From assembly GCF_006345805.1 (NCBI RefSeq), contig NW_021832842.1:1-64000 (forward strand): 64,000 nucleotides of DNA, written 5' to 3'. Positions within the stretch are counted from its first letter, which is position 1. Each line of letters starts with the position of its first letter. Source of the DNA: Octopus sinensis (taxonomy: Eukaryota). Below, one piece after another: positions 1 to 11,249 of this stretch. The position numbers and the translations under genes are program-made. The notes beneath the pieces were generated by a model, which worked only from the letters and a program-made list of their open reading frames with translations, did no database searches and was not told where the DNA came from.

Positions 1-17
1 ATATATATATATGTATA

Positions 18-60
<43 letters not shown>

Positions 61-62
<2 letters not shown>

Positions 63-930
63 TTAAATCCTTAAAAATGTTTTAGCCCGAAGGCCGCGGC
101 CATGCTGGGGCACCACTGCTGAATGAGCTACACTAGTTTGTGAATCCACCTCTGATACGTGGCACTTGATCAACAAGGGAGTTCGATGCTGCTGCCCGCA
201 TCCGTGTCTCCTGTCGTGAGGTAGGTTCATCTGGGACTCCCAACCTAGAAGAGATCCAGTTTAGTTTTAAAGAAACCCACATCCACACCATGTAAGTCTC
301 TCAGGCATTTAGGGAGGATGTTAAAGAGCTGTGGTCCTCTGAAACCCAAGCTGTTGCAGTATCTGGACCTGTATTTTGATGGTGATGTTGGAATCCTTGG
401 CACCACGCAGCGGCGCCCCGTTCTGCAGTTGGAGTAACTTTGAATGCCAAAGTTTGGGACAAGACCCTCCAGGATTTTCCAGATGTATATCACTGCATAT
501 CTCTCCCGCTTCCGCTCCAGGGAGAAGAGGTTTAATACCTTCAGTCTTTCCCAGTAGCTGACATTTTGCATTGAGACGATTTTCTTTGTGTAGCTTCTCT
601 GAGTTGCTTCGAGTTCTGCTGTTTGTTTTATATTGTGTGGTGACCAAAGTTGGGAGCAGTAGTCCAAGCGGCTGAGGACAAATGTTTTCCATAGGACCAT
701 CAGTGTCTCCTTCTCTCTTGTTCTGAAAGTTCGGAGAATCCATCCAGCTAGCCGTCTGCATTTTATCACCAGATTAGCAATATGCATTTGGAAAGATGCA
801 TCATTGCTCATGTCAATGCCCAGGTCACGCACTGATTTTGACTCTGGGATTGCAATTCTTCCTGGGCCAGTGTATCCAGTCTTCACGTCATTTACCTTTG
901 TGTGCCAGTAGCGCAGGGCCTGGAACTTAC
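61..930 (-). mobile_element. CR1/L2-group LINE, 3' fragment (C-terminal part of ORF2 plus 3' UTR)
   Basis: ORF 245-946 has the RT C-terminal motifs DLGI, SRLDYCSQLWSP, LE.TQR, Y.ERL..L.LFSLE.RR.R. On the minus strand the 3' end carries a GCC-TTCG-GGC hairpin (85-94) and a short TTTAAGG tail next to (TA)n. Confidence 0.88.
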
Positions 931-934
931 CTGC

Positions 935-1276
<342 letters not shown>

Positions 1277-2250
1277 TAAGCAATAAAGGGTTTAGCAACG
1301 AATTGCCTTACCACATACCGAATTTAGAAATACCAGTCAAAGAGTTATAGCTATTTCTTCTACTAAAAAGGGAGATCTCAGTAAAAACAGCAATTGGAAG
1401 GCAGACACAAACAGGTAAGAGAGAATGAATTGACGGCAATCTATCATACATTTTAAAGTTATCTACGGACGTACGTTTCGAAATCAAGTTTTTAGGAAAG
1501 CATAAGAATTAAATATTAAATATTAAATAATTCTATCTTACGATTGTGTCACCAGCCCCTTCCCACCCGCGTGTAGCCAAAACAAGATGCCGAAGACTAC
1601 TTGGTGTAATTGATAATTATTCCAAATTAATTAATTTCACCCTTCATTATTACGGATAACCATATTTTATCTCAGTAGATGACCACAGCATCTTGTTTTG
1701 GCTACACGCGGGTGGGAAGGGGCTGGTGACACAATCGTTTCATTCACATATTGAATTCGGTGATACTAGTTGCGGATTCTAGCTCGCTCTGATACTGAGT
1801 TGAGTTGGTGCCTTCTAGTATCTCAAAATTCAATATATAATCATTTATGATTATAGTATTCTACGCTGAAGAGAAAAGAAGTTTCGGTAAGATAGAATTA
1901 TTTAATATTTAATATTTAATTCTTATGCTTTCCTAAAAACTTGATTTCGAAACGTACGTCCGTAGATAACTTAAAAATGTATGATAGATTGCCGTCAATT
2001 CATTCTCTCTTACCTGTTTGTGTCTGCCTTCCAATTGCTGTTTTTACTGAGATCTCCTTTTTAGTAGAAGAAATAGCTATAACTCTTTGACTGGTATTTC
2101 TAAATTCGGTATGTGGTAAGGCAATTCGTTGCTAAACCCTTTATTGCTTAGTATTACTTAAATTTTCCTCGAATGAGGCTTTTACATGCCGAAGACTACT
2201 TGGTGTAATTGATAATTATTCCAAATTAATTAATTTCACCCTTCATTATT

Positions 2251-2257
<7 letters not shown>
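1277..2257 (+). mobile_element. Non-coding PLE/retrozyme-like unit: 599 bp period, 72 bp terminal direct repeat, one hammerhead and an inverted 5' extension
   Basis: Direct repeat 1587-1658 = 2186-2257. Inverted repeats 1277-1541/1887-2150 and 1541-1590/1688-1737. Hammerhead at 1860-1966. (TA)n on both sides. The PLE assignment is inferred from architecture. Confidence 0.7.
1860..1966 (+). ncRNA. Type I hammerhead ribozyme with long AU-rich stem II
   Basis: Stem I TCTACG/CGTAGA; core CTGAAGA 1866-1872; G1873:C1948 closes stem II; GAAA 1949-1952; palindromic stem III ACGTACGT; GUC cleavage triplet 1958-1960. Confidence 0.85.
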
Positions 2258-2324
<67 letters not shown>

Positions 2325-2397
2325 TATATGTTTATATATGTTTATATATGTTTATATATATATATATAATATATATATTATATATATGTTTATATAT

Positions 2398-2458
<61 letters not shown>

Positions 2459-2939
2459 ATATATATATTATATATATATTATATATATATAATATATATA
2501 TATTATATATATATAATATATATATTTATAACGATAAAAATTCGCAACACACACGCACACACACACATACACACATATATATATATACATAACTATCAAT
2601 AATACAGTGATTGTTTCTTATCAGGAATAAAATGTTTAATAGGACTGCTATAGAAGTTCTCAATTAAATGAGACAAATATATTAAACTACGGTTGCAGAA
2701 CAAACAAATACAAGATGTATACATGTATATTCTATGTGAAAGAAAAAGCATTATGTGATTAAATGTTCGAGATATGAAATGTTACGTGGATGACCTAGTA
2801 TTTGTTTGTTCTGCAACCATAGTGTAAATTATTCACAAAACTGCATTGAGATCGTAAAATCCAGCAGACCGTATCAATGTTATAAATCTTAGTACTTGCC
2901 CGATCTTAAAATGTCTACATTTAGAAAAGACAGTTTATA

Positions 2940-2984
2940 TTAAAAAGAAACAAATTAATTCAGTTCAATTAAGAAGCATGAGTA

Positions 2985-3050
<66 letters not shown>

Positions 3051-3286
3051 GAGTGTATTTTACCTTGTTAACAATTAACAATATATATATATACGTACAG
3101 GCTTCTTTCAATTTCTGCTATGAAATATATTTGTATGTAAGGATATATGTGAGTGTGTAAGAAATGGACATAATATTTTTATTTTTAAATTTAGATTTTT
3201 ATTTTATTTTTTCCATTTTCTTTCTCATTCTAAGGGACACCCATTATATCCACAATAAGTTCCTCCGTATACATACATACATATAT

Positions 3287-3323
<37 letters not shown>

Positions 3324-3370
3324 GAGTGTGTGTGGTGTGTGTATTTATATGTATATATTTGCATGTAAGG

Positions 3371-3412
<42 letters not shown>

Positions 3413-3703
3413 ATAGCAACACGTCTACTATTGAAAAACAAATCCTCTTTTTCCTTCTCCCTTTCTATTTCTTACAAAGCTCATTTAAAAAGTACAAAAG
3501 GACACAAAAGGAAAAGACCCACATTTTTAACCCCCCCCCCCAATATTCTCTCCCTTTCATCTCCTCCATCCCTCAATTTCTACCACGCAATGGGACGGAA
3601 CCTAAAACATGTGCTGGGAAGCACACTTACACACAGCCACGTCTGCGACTATGTGTGTGTGTGTGTGTGTGTGCGTGTGTGTGTGTGTTTGTGTGTGTGT
3701 GTT

Positions 3704-3748
<45 letters not shown>

Positions 3749-3934
3749 CTATTTAAATATACTACGGGCTTTTTTCAGTTTCTGTCAAGACCTTTGTCGG
3801 CCCAAGTCTATAGCTGAAGACACTTGCCCAAGGTGCCACGCAGTGGGACTGAACCCTGAAACATGTGGTTGGGAAGTAAGTTTCGTACCACTCATCCACG
3901 TCTGCGACTGTGTGTGTGTGTTTGTGTGTGTGTG

Positions 3935-3967
<33 letters not shown>

Positions 3968-4124
3968 TGCGTGTGTTTATGTGTGTACACTGATGGATTC
4001 GAGGGTTTCGTTTAATTAAAAGTTGATTTCTTAATTTCTCCGGAGTATAAATACCTATAATAGCCATACTTAAAAAGAAACAAATTAATTCAGTTCAATT
4101 AAGAAGCATGAGTAAACAACATAT
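2940..4124. repeat. Perfect 55 bp direct repeat pair (2940-2994 and 4070-4124)
   Basis: TTAAAAAGAAACAAATTAATTCAGTTCAATTAAGAAGCATGAGTAAACAACATAT occurs twice. Confidence 0.95.
3770..3905 (-). mobile_element. tRNA-derived SINE (family A); partial copy at 3575-3645
   Basis: Minus strand has a B-box-like GGGTTCAGTCCC followed by GTGGCACCTTGGGCAAGTGTCTTC. The same family occurs at 43100-43210 (+) and 58345-58475 (+). Confidence 0.75.
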
Positions 4125-4271
4125 TGTAAGCCACATTATAAATTGCGAAAATGTTTATTTGCGCCCTGCCGATGTCATTTTTTTTTTCATTGTTTCATTT
4201 AAAAAATATGTTATTACCTCTCTTAGACTTCAGATGTTTTCATTTCAAACTATTTTCTAGGGCTTCGAAAC

Positions 4272-5270
4272 TACTACCGTAGCCCTCCAAAATATTGCTG
4301 TTTTTGTATACCTCTTTTATTTTTTAAAATTTAGGATGAACAAAGTTCTTTTTAAATCGAAAATATATTGTCCTTCATTTTCTATAATGCCCTTCCATCT
4401 AGCTGGTAGACTTGTAAAGCCCCTCTTCTAAAATTCGCTTGTCCGTGACCAAAACTACCCCTCCAATACTATTCTGACCTCCTCTACAGAATTCATATTT
4501 TTCCGTCCAAATGAAATAGAAGACTGCGGAATAGATGATAATTAGATGATAATTAGATGATAATTAGATGATAAATAAATGATAATTAGATGATAATTAG
4601 ATGGGGCAATGTCCGGCGAATGTGGTGGGTGGGGCAGCGTTTCCCATTGAAACTGCTTCAACTTTTGGATTGTCATACTCGCGGTATGTGGCTGAGCATT
4701 ATCCTGATGGAAGAACACCTTTTGTCTTGAAACCATCTGGTTTCAAGACGAAAAAAGATGGTTTCAAAATGAAAAAAGATGGTCGTTTTCTTCTTGAGTT
4801 GACTTGAATGACTAGTTAAATGATCAAATCCAAGGTTCTCCACCAGTTTCTCAACAGTTACGACGGGATTTTGTTCCACCAGGATTTGAAAGATGTCCTC
4901 GATGAGGCTCATCTTCTAGGCTGTAGTTTCCGGTTCAGAATTTTTGGAACCACCGTTGACAATGGCTTACGCTTATTGTCTGATCCCCATATACTGCATT
5001 AATAGTCTTCGCACTTTCCGTTGCGTTGTTGCCTTTATTGAACTCAAAAAGCAAAATATGCCTACTATGCTCCTTTGGCACTTCCATTATTGCTTTGAAA
5101 AAATAACTCTTTAAAATCGAACTGCACTGATCAAAACTTCCACTAAGAATAAGGACAAGGTAAAATTACTGCCTGCTTTTATAACAAGTTGATGCAGATA
5201 GTTTATCACGTCCGACTTTTAGTTCATGCAATTGAAAAAACTGCATTATTTAAGGGATGAATCAATATAT
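4272..5270 (-). mobile_element. Decayed, internally deleted mariner transposon
   Basis: Minus-strand peptides HQDNAQPHT..WETLPHPPHSPDIAPSNYHL and LPARWKGIIENEGQY. Degenerate TIRs at ~4272-4305 and 5235-5268. Confidence 0.85.
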
Positions 5271-5310
<40 letters not shown>

Positions 5311-6111
5311 ACGAATCAAATATTAAAAAAACTATTTCAAATCGTTGTTAGAGTATCCGCATAAGTGAAGTCAAGACCGGTTAGTTAGTATTGGCATCGC
5401 ATCGTATTAGTAGTAATAATGAAGTTAAAGTAAATAGGGATATTTTGAAATCATTTAATACGAACGTTTCATGTTTGCGTAATACAGAATAGGAAATGCA
5501 TCCTTTACGTAAACCTTCCTTAGTTGAAGCATTAAAAATGTGAAGAAATTCAAGGAAAATTTCAACATATATAGGAGAGTATTGTAGTTCGCTTGAAACA
5601 TTGTGTATTGATTGTAAAGGATAAAATGTTTTGAATGGTACAACAATGCACTATAATACAAACAATGGGCTATATACCTGTTGTAATTTAGTCATCTATA
5701 GTCTGATTATATTTCAGAATAAAATTCCTTCTTCATATATTCTCTATATATGAGTTGCTGCTATAATCGGTTTGCCAACGGCTTTTCTTTTTTTTTCTCT
5801 TTGATATACATGTGATTAGAGCTAAGATAGGAAGGTATATATGTATACAGAGAGGAAGAATGGGAGAGATAGAGAGAGAGAGAGAGAATGAGAGAGAGAA
5901 TGAGAGAGAGAAATAAAGACAGAAAGAAAGAAAGAGAAAATGGAAGAGAAGGACGTATATAGTGAGATGGTAGGAAGTGGGAAAATATGCAGGAGTGAAG
6001 TGTATTGAAAGAAAATGGTTAGTTTTGTTGGTTCGCATAGACATCTTTGTAAACTCAGTTGCCTATTATACTTCCTCAGCCGCCTATTGTAGCCTCTAGA
6101 CAGAATAAAAT

Positions 6112-6820
6112 GTGAGAGAACAATTAACCTCTACTTCTGACTCCACGAAAACTAACATTGGAGTTTCTGCACGCTGTACCTTGAAAAACAGCCGCAAGAG
6201 AGTTAAGTCCTATTCATTGTGCAACAACATGAGTCAAGTGAATTTCATTCGGACGTTTAGAGATTCCCATTTGTTGTACGCAGCAGAATGCATGAAACAA
6301 AACTTGATTTATGTTGGTTGTACAACAGAAAAATTAAACAAAAGATTCAATGAGCATAGATATGATGTGGGGCACAATAACAGTAGTTTGACTGAACTTG
6401 TCGAACATTTTGCATTAAACGGCTGAAATTTTGTAAAAAGCTTGAAAGTGCATATTCTCAGAAAATATTCCGAATCTGCTATACTTTCAGTATTCAAAAT
6501 GCATGAGGAGAAATATGTTTGATGGCTTAATATCATGCCCTAGGGGAATAAATACAACGACTGGAGAATTTCATATTTACACAAAACTGTTCGATTAAAT
6601 ATTCTTTTTTCTTTTCTTTTTTCTTCTTTTTCTTTCTTTTTCTTTTTGCCAGTTGTAACTTGAAATTTGAAGACTGATGATGTCATTCCATCAACGTGGT
6701 GACCGTGTTGCCCTCGTTCATATGTTGGATTTGAATTTCTATACTTTTGAATTTTTTTGTATCACTTTTCATTTTGAACTTGACGAAGACAGGCTAGCTC
6801 TCGAAATATCGTTCAACCAA
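6112..6820 (+). mobile_element. Penelope-like element 3' remnant (GIY-YIG endonuclease plus degenerate hammerhead)
   Basis: ORF 6112-6426 contains LLYAAEC...IYVGCTTEKLNKRFNEHR (GIY-YIG). Hammerhead-like motif at 6774-6816. Confidence 0.7.
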
Positions 6821-6914
6821 AAGAATATCTATTGCAATCGCATCGCGCTCTTCGTATGGTCCAATAATAATAATAATGATAACAATAATAATGATGATGA
6901 TGATGATGATCATG

Positions 6915-7885
6915 ATGATGGCAGACATTGAACGACTATACCTGCTAAGAAAAGAGGGTGATCGTGTACTCTTACAAATGAAATTGACAATGAAGATTGC
7001 CACAATTGGCCTACACACTTACCTGAAAAACTTTGATGACTGGATGTTAAAAAACTTGTCTTTGAAGCATGAAAACAAGAAAACGTCATACTCTGAGTGA
7101 TTTCCAAATATAACAAATCCCAGAATCAAACGTACTGGAAACAAGCACAGAAAAAGCTAAGCGTGTGAAAACCCTTGCTAAAATTGCTGCTTTAAAAATT
7201 CTTACTGATAAATGGCAAGTAAAATCTCTCAGTAGGAAATACCCAAAGAGAGATAATAACGCTGATGCTGACAAAACCATTGCCTATCAATGGTTAGTGT
7301 ATTATGACTTAAAAGCAGAGACAGAAGGGTTTATCATAGCAGCCCAAGATCAATGCCTACCTATAAGAAGCTACCAGGCCAACATCTTAAAGAGCGCCAG
7401 CGGCCCAACATGTCGTGTATGTGAACAACAAAATGAAACCATCGATCATGTTGTTTCCATGTTCAGCCTTCCTGCTCCTACAGAGTATCTCAACAGGCAT
7501 GATAGAGCAGCACAGTATATTAAATAGGTAATTTGTAAAGACTTGGATGTGACTCTTGATAAAAACTAGTAGGAATACAAACCATCTCCAGTGCTTGAAA
7601 ATAGTCGCATCACACTTCTTTAGAATTTTACTGTTCAAACTGATAGAATGATAGATGCAAATAGGTCAGACATTATATTGGAAAACTTCAGACTAAAATC
7701 ATGTTTTCTCATCGATATGGCTGTCCCAATCGACATAAAAATTAGCAAAATGTGGAACTTCAAAATTAAAACAATACCTGTTGTCATAGGTGCCCTAGGA
7801 ATGATAGCAAAAGGGGTTGATTGCTACCTGTCCCAGATATCAGGAAATCTAAAAATGGAAGAAATTAAAAAAATAGTGCTCTGAT
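6915..7885 (+). mobile_element. R4/Dong-clade LINE 3' fragment (diverged subfamily), decayed
   Basis: DIERLYL.RKEG, LKAETEGFIIAAQDQ, CRVC..ETIDHVVS, RHD and IPVVIGALG motifs; preceded by (AAT)/(GAT)n. Confidence 0.85.
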
Positions 7886-8046
7886 GAGACTTGGAGTCAA
7901 CTTGTACAATTACAAAGCAAAAGCCAAACATATAATAATAATAACTAGCTGGACCCGTGAAAAATTCACGGAAAATATAAAAAAATGTAAGCATCTGTAA
8001 ATTGTGTGCTGGTGCCATGAGAAATGTTTCTATATTGTGACAGTTA

Positions 8047-8260
8047 AAGGCAGCAAGCTGGCAGAATCGTTAGCACGCCGGGCGAAATCCTTAGTGGCAT
8101 TTCGTCTCTCTTAACATTCTGAGTTCAAATTCTGCCGAGGTCGACTTTACTTTCGTCCTTTCGAGGTCGATAAATTAAGTACCAGTTGCGTACTGGGGTT
8201 GATCTAATCGACTGTCCCTCTCCCTAACAAAATTTCAGGACCTGTGTCTATAGTAGAAAA
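8047..8260 (+). mobile_element. tRNA-derived SINE (family B)
   Basis: A-box-like TGGCAGAATCG and B-box-like GAGTTCAAATTC; body shared with the modules at 17225-17722. Confidence 0.8.
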
Positions 8261-8684
8261 GTATATTGTGACAGTTACAGAATATAGAAAGAAGTGCAAA
8301 GCCGATAACTATATAATCCAACCGAAATATCTCAGTTACGCAAACGTAAACAGAATTACTATTTAGCTTTAAAATACATCGTACATATTCAGAGAACCTT
8401 CTTGGTTTAGTGGTACGGAATATTTTTCTCGTATTCTTTTATTCTTTTACATGTTTCAGGTATTTGACAGTGGTTATGCTGGAGCACCACCCTTTAGTCG
8501 AAGAAATTGACCCCTGGACTTATTCCCTGCAAGCCTGGTGCTTATTCTATCAGTGTTTCGCTGAACAGCTAAGTTACAGGGACGCAAACACACTAACATC
8601 GGTTCTCAAGCTATGGTGGTGGTGGTGGTGGGACAAACACAGACACAAACACACACATATATATATATACATATATACCTACAT

Positions 8685-8728
<44 letters not shown>

Positions 8729-8729
8729 C

Positions 8730-10240
8730 TTAGAATAAATTAGAAAGGTTTTGGCCAGTATTGGCCCAGGCCATGCCTGACTTAACAGCACCACCTGGAG
8801 ACGTCTTTCAATTCAGGATTTGGGCACCAAGGCCCATTCGAGCAGAGAGTTATTGTTTGCGGTGACATATCCGGGTGTGGGTGGTTTGTCCAGGACTGTT
8901 TGAAGGAATTTGTCCAAAGACTTCTTGAATTTTGTGTGATCAGTTTCTGTTTTGACGTGTCCTGGTGTAATGTTGAAGAGAGCGGGTCCAATTGAGGTGA
9001 AATAATTGTGCCGTATTGTCATTATGTGATGCGATTTAAATTTTTGTTGTGGACGGATGGCACGTGGTCCAAGCCTTGGATGTATTTTGAAGGTGATGCC
9101 AACATCATTCGGACAGTGCTGATGGAATATTTTCCACATCATATTATGACTCTCAAGGAAGTGAGTTATACGCGATCTCAGCACTCTCTCAAATACCTTA
9201 ATGATGTGAGAGGTGAGTGAGATTGGACGGTAATTCACGGCAAGCGATTTGTTTCCTTTTTTGAAAACTGGGACAACAGACTGGGATAGAAGGTCTTCTG
9301 GTATATATCCAGCATCCAGTGAGTTCCGCCACAGATTGGCTAGAGGGGGGTGCAAGTTGGTGTTGACACATCTTCAAGACACAAGCAGGGAACCTATCGG
9401 GACCTACTGCTGAATTATGCTTCATTTCTTTTATTGCTGCTAAGACATCAGGAGCGCCAAAGGTTATGTCCGATAAAGTGTATTGGGGAGTACCATCACT
9501 GATACAGCCCAGATCAGTCATATCAGGATTGCTGAAAACAGAGCAATATTGTTTCTGCAATATCCCTCCCATGGTTTTGGCATTGTCTTGGAGAGTACCA
9601 TTTGCATCAATCAGAGGGCCAACAGTAGAACCAGTGACTGTGTTTTTTTTCAAATGAAAAGAACACTTTGTGATTGAGTTTGATCTTCTCAATGGCCCAG
9701 GCCTCTTCAGCTCTTCTCTGACTATTGATGATTTGGAGTTTATGTTGTTTTGGAGTTTATGTTTTTTAATCTCTAGTGACGAGATGGCAGTCAGGTTGGT
9801 GTGTTGCTGTTGACAGTATTTCAGCTTGTTGATTTTTTTGTTAATTCTTTTAATTTTCTTGATGAGAGATTTTCTATTTCTAGGGATTCGACACTTAGAT
9901 TTGTTTGCAGATCTTAATGGGGTGTGTTTTGCACATATGTTCGTAATGGTGTCTACAAATGACTGCCAGGACTTTTTGATGTTTTTGATGTTAGTGGGTG
10001 TGTATGTGTGCGTGAAGGACCAATCGACTTGTGCAAGATCATTATTGATCGCTTCCCAGATTGCATTGTGGAAATCCATAGTGTCAAATGGATGAACAGG
10101 AGGGATGACATTTGTTTTGCATTTTGACCGTTGATTGCTGAAAATTAAGTCTAAGACGTTTTTGTGACATCTCGTTGGTTCGAGCACCAGTTGGCACAGG
10201 AAGAAATCATCCATGAAGTCAAGAAGCGATTCCACTGCCT
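8730..10240 (-). mobile_element. CR1/L2-group LINE, 5'-truncated, with large internal deletions
   Basis: Linker and RT start (GPDRFP..VLK, VVPVFKKG, NYRPISLTS..KVFE) fused at ~9140 directly to the C-terminal region; most of the RT core is missing. Confidence 0.85.
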
Positions 10241-11028
10241 CCCTGTCAGCGGAGGTGGTACTTCAGTAGCGTGGCTTCAGTGCTGGGGATCTCGGCCCGC
10301 TCCAAGATTTTAATGTTTGTGACGATGTCACTCCAGTGAATGTTGAGGATGGTGCGGAGACATCCCTGGTGGAAGCGCTCGAGGAGACGGATGTAACTGC
10401 GGTAAGTGATCCAGGTCTCTGAGCCGTAGAGAAGAGTGGTGAGAACCACGGCCCTGTAGACACTGATCTTTGTTTTGTTCCTCAGGCCACCATTGTGCCA
10501 AACACGTTCGTACAATCTGCCAAAGGAGCTATTTGCCTTAGAAAGTCTAATGTTAATTTCCTTGTCGATCCTTGCATCGGATGAGATGATGCAGCCCAGG
10601 TATGTAAACTGCTGTATTGATTTCAGTTCGATACCGCAGATAGTGATGTGGGGTGGGCCACCGACTGAGAGGAGCCCCGAGGAAGCGCTACAAAGACTGC
10701 CTCAAGAAGTCTCTAACAGCATGTCAAATTAACCACCAATGCTGGTCAGACCTGGCTGCGGACCGTGATGTCTGGCGCCACACGATCTTCAACGCAGTCA
10801 GCAAGTTTGAGGAACAAAGAAGAGACACGCTTAAAGACAAGAGACACAGGAGGAAGGCGCTGGCCGCCTCTGACACAACACCGGATGTTACCTTCGTCTG
10901 TGGATACTGCTCACAGACCTGCCTTTCCCACATCTGACTTGTCAGTCATGAGCGTGCATGCACGCGACGTGGACAGGCTTCCTGATCTTCGTTCGCGAAG
11001 CCGAGCCATGATGATGATGATGATGATG

Positions 11029-11030
<2 letters not shown>
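10241..11030 (+). mobile_element. RTE (BovB-like) LINE 3' end with inverted 5' segment
   Basis: 10241-10655 encodes KTKISVYRAVVLTTLLYGSETW on minus; 10656-10960 encodes RGAPRKRYKD..C..C on plus; (ATG)n tail at 11008-11030. Confidence 0.88.
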
Positions 11031-11080
<50 letters not shown>

Positions 11081-11081
11081 C

Positions 11082-11129
<48 letters not shown>

Positions 11130-11249
11130 CATACACACATACATACATACGTACTTATATATATATATATATATATAGATAAACAGTATTTTTGAACATA
11201 ACTACACCAACCATTTTTTAGACCTAACACACAGGAACAGGGACACACG

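Noticed and set aside
3811-3870. CTGAAGA...GAAAC as a hammerhead
   Set aside because: Lies in the antisense of a SINE; no stem I or stem III around a NUH site.
8047-8130. tRNA genes at SINE heads (also 3830-3900, 17670-17722, 43100-43170, 58345-58410)
   Set aside because: A/B-box-like motifs but no cloverleaf, and each continues into a SINE body.
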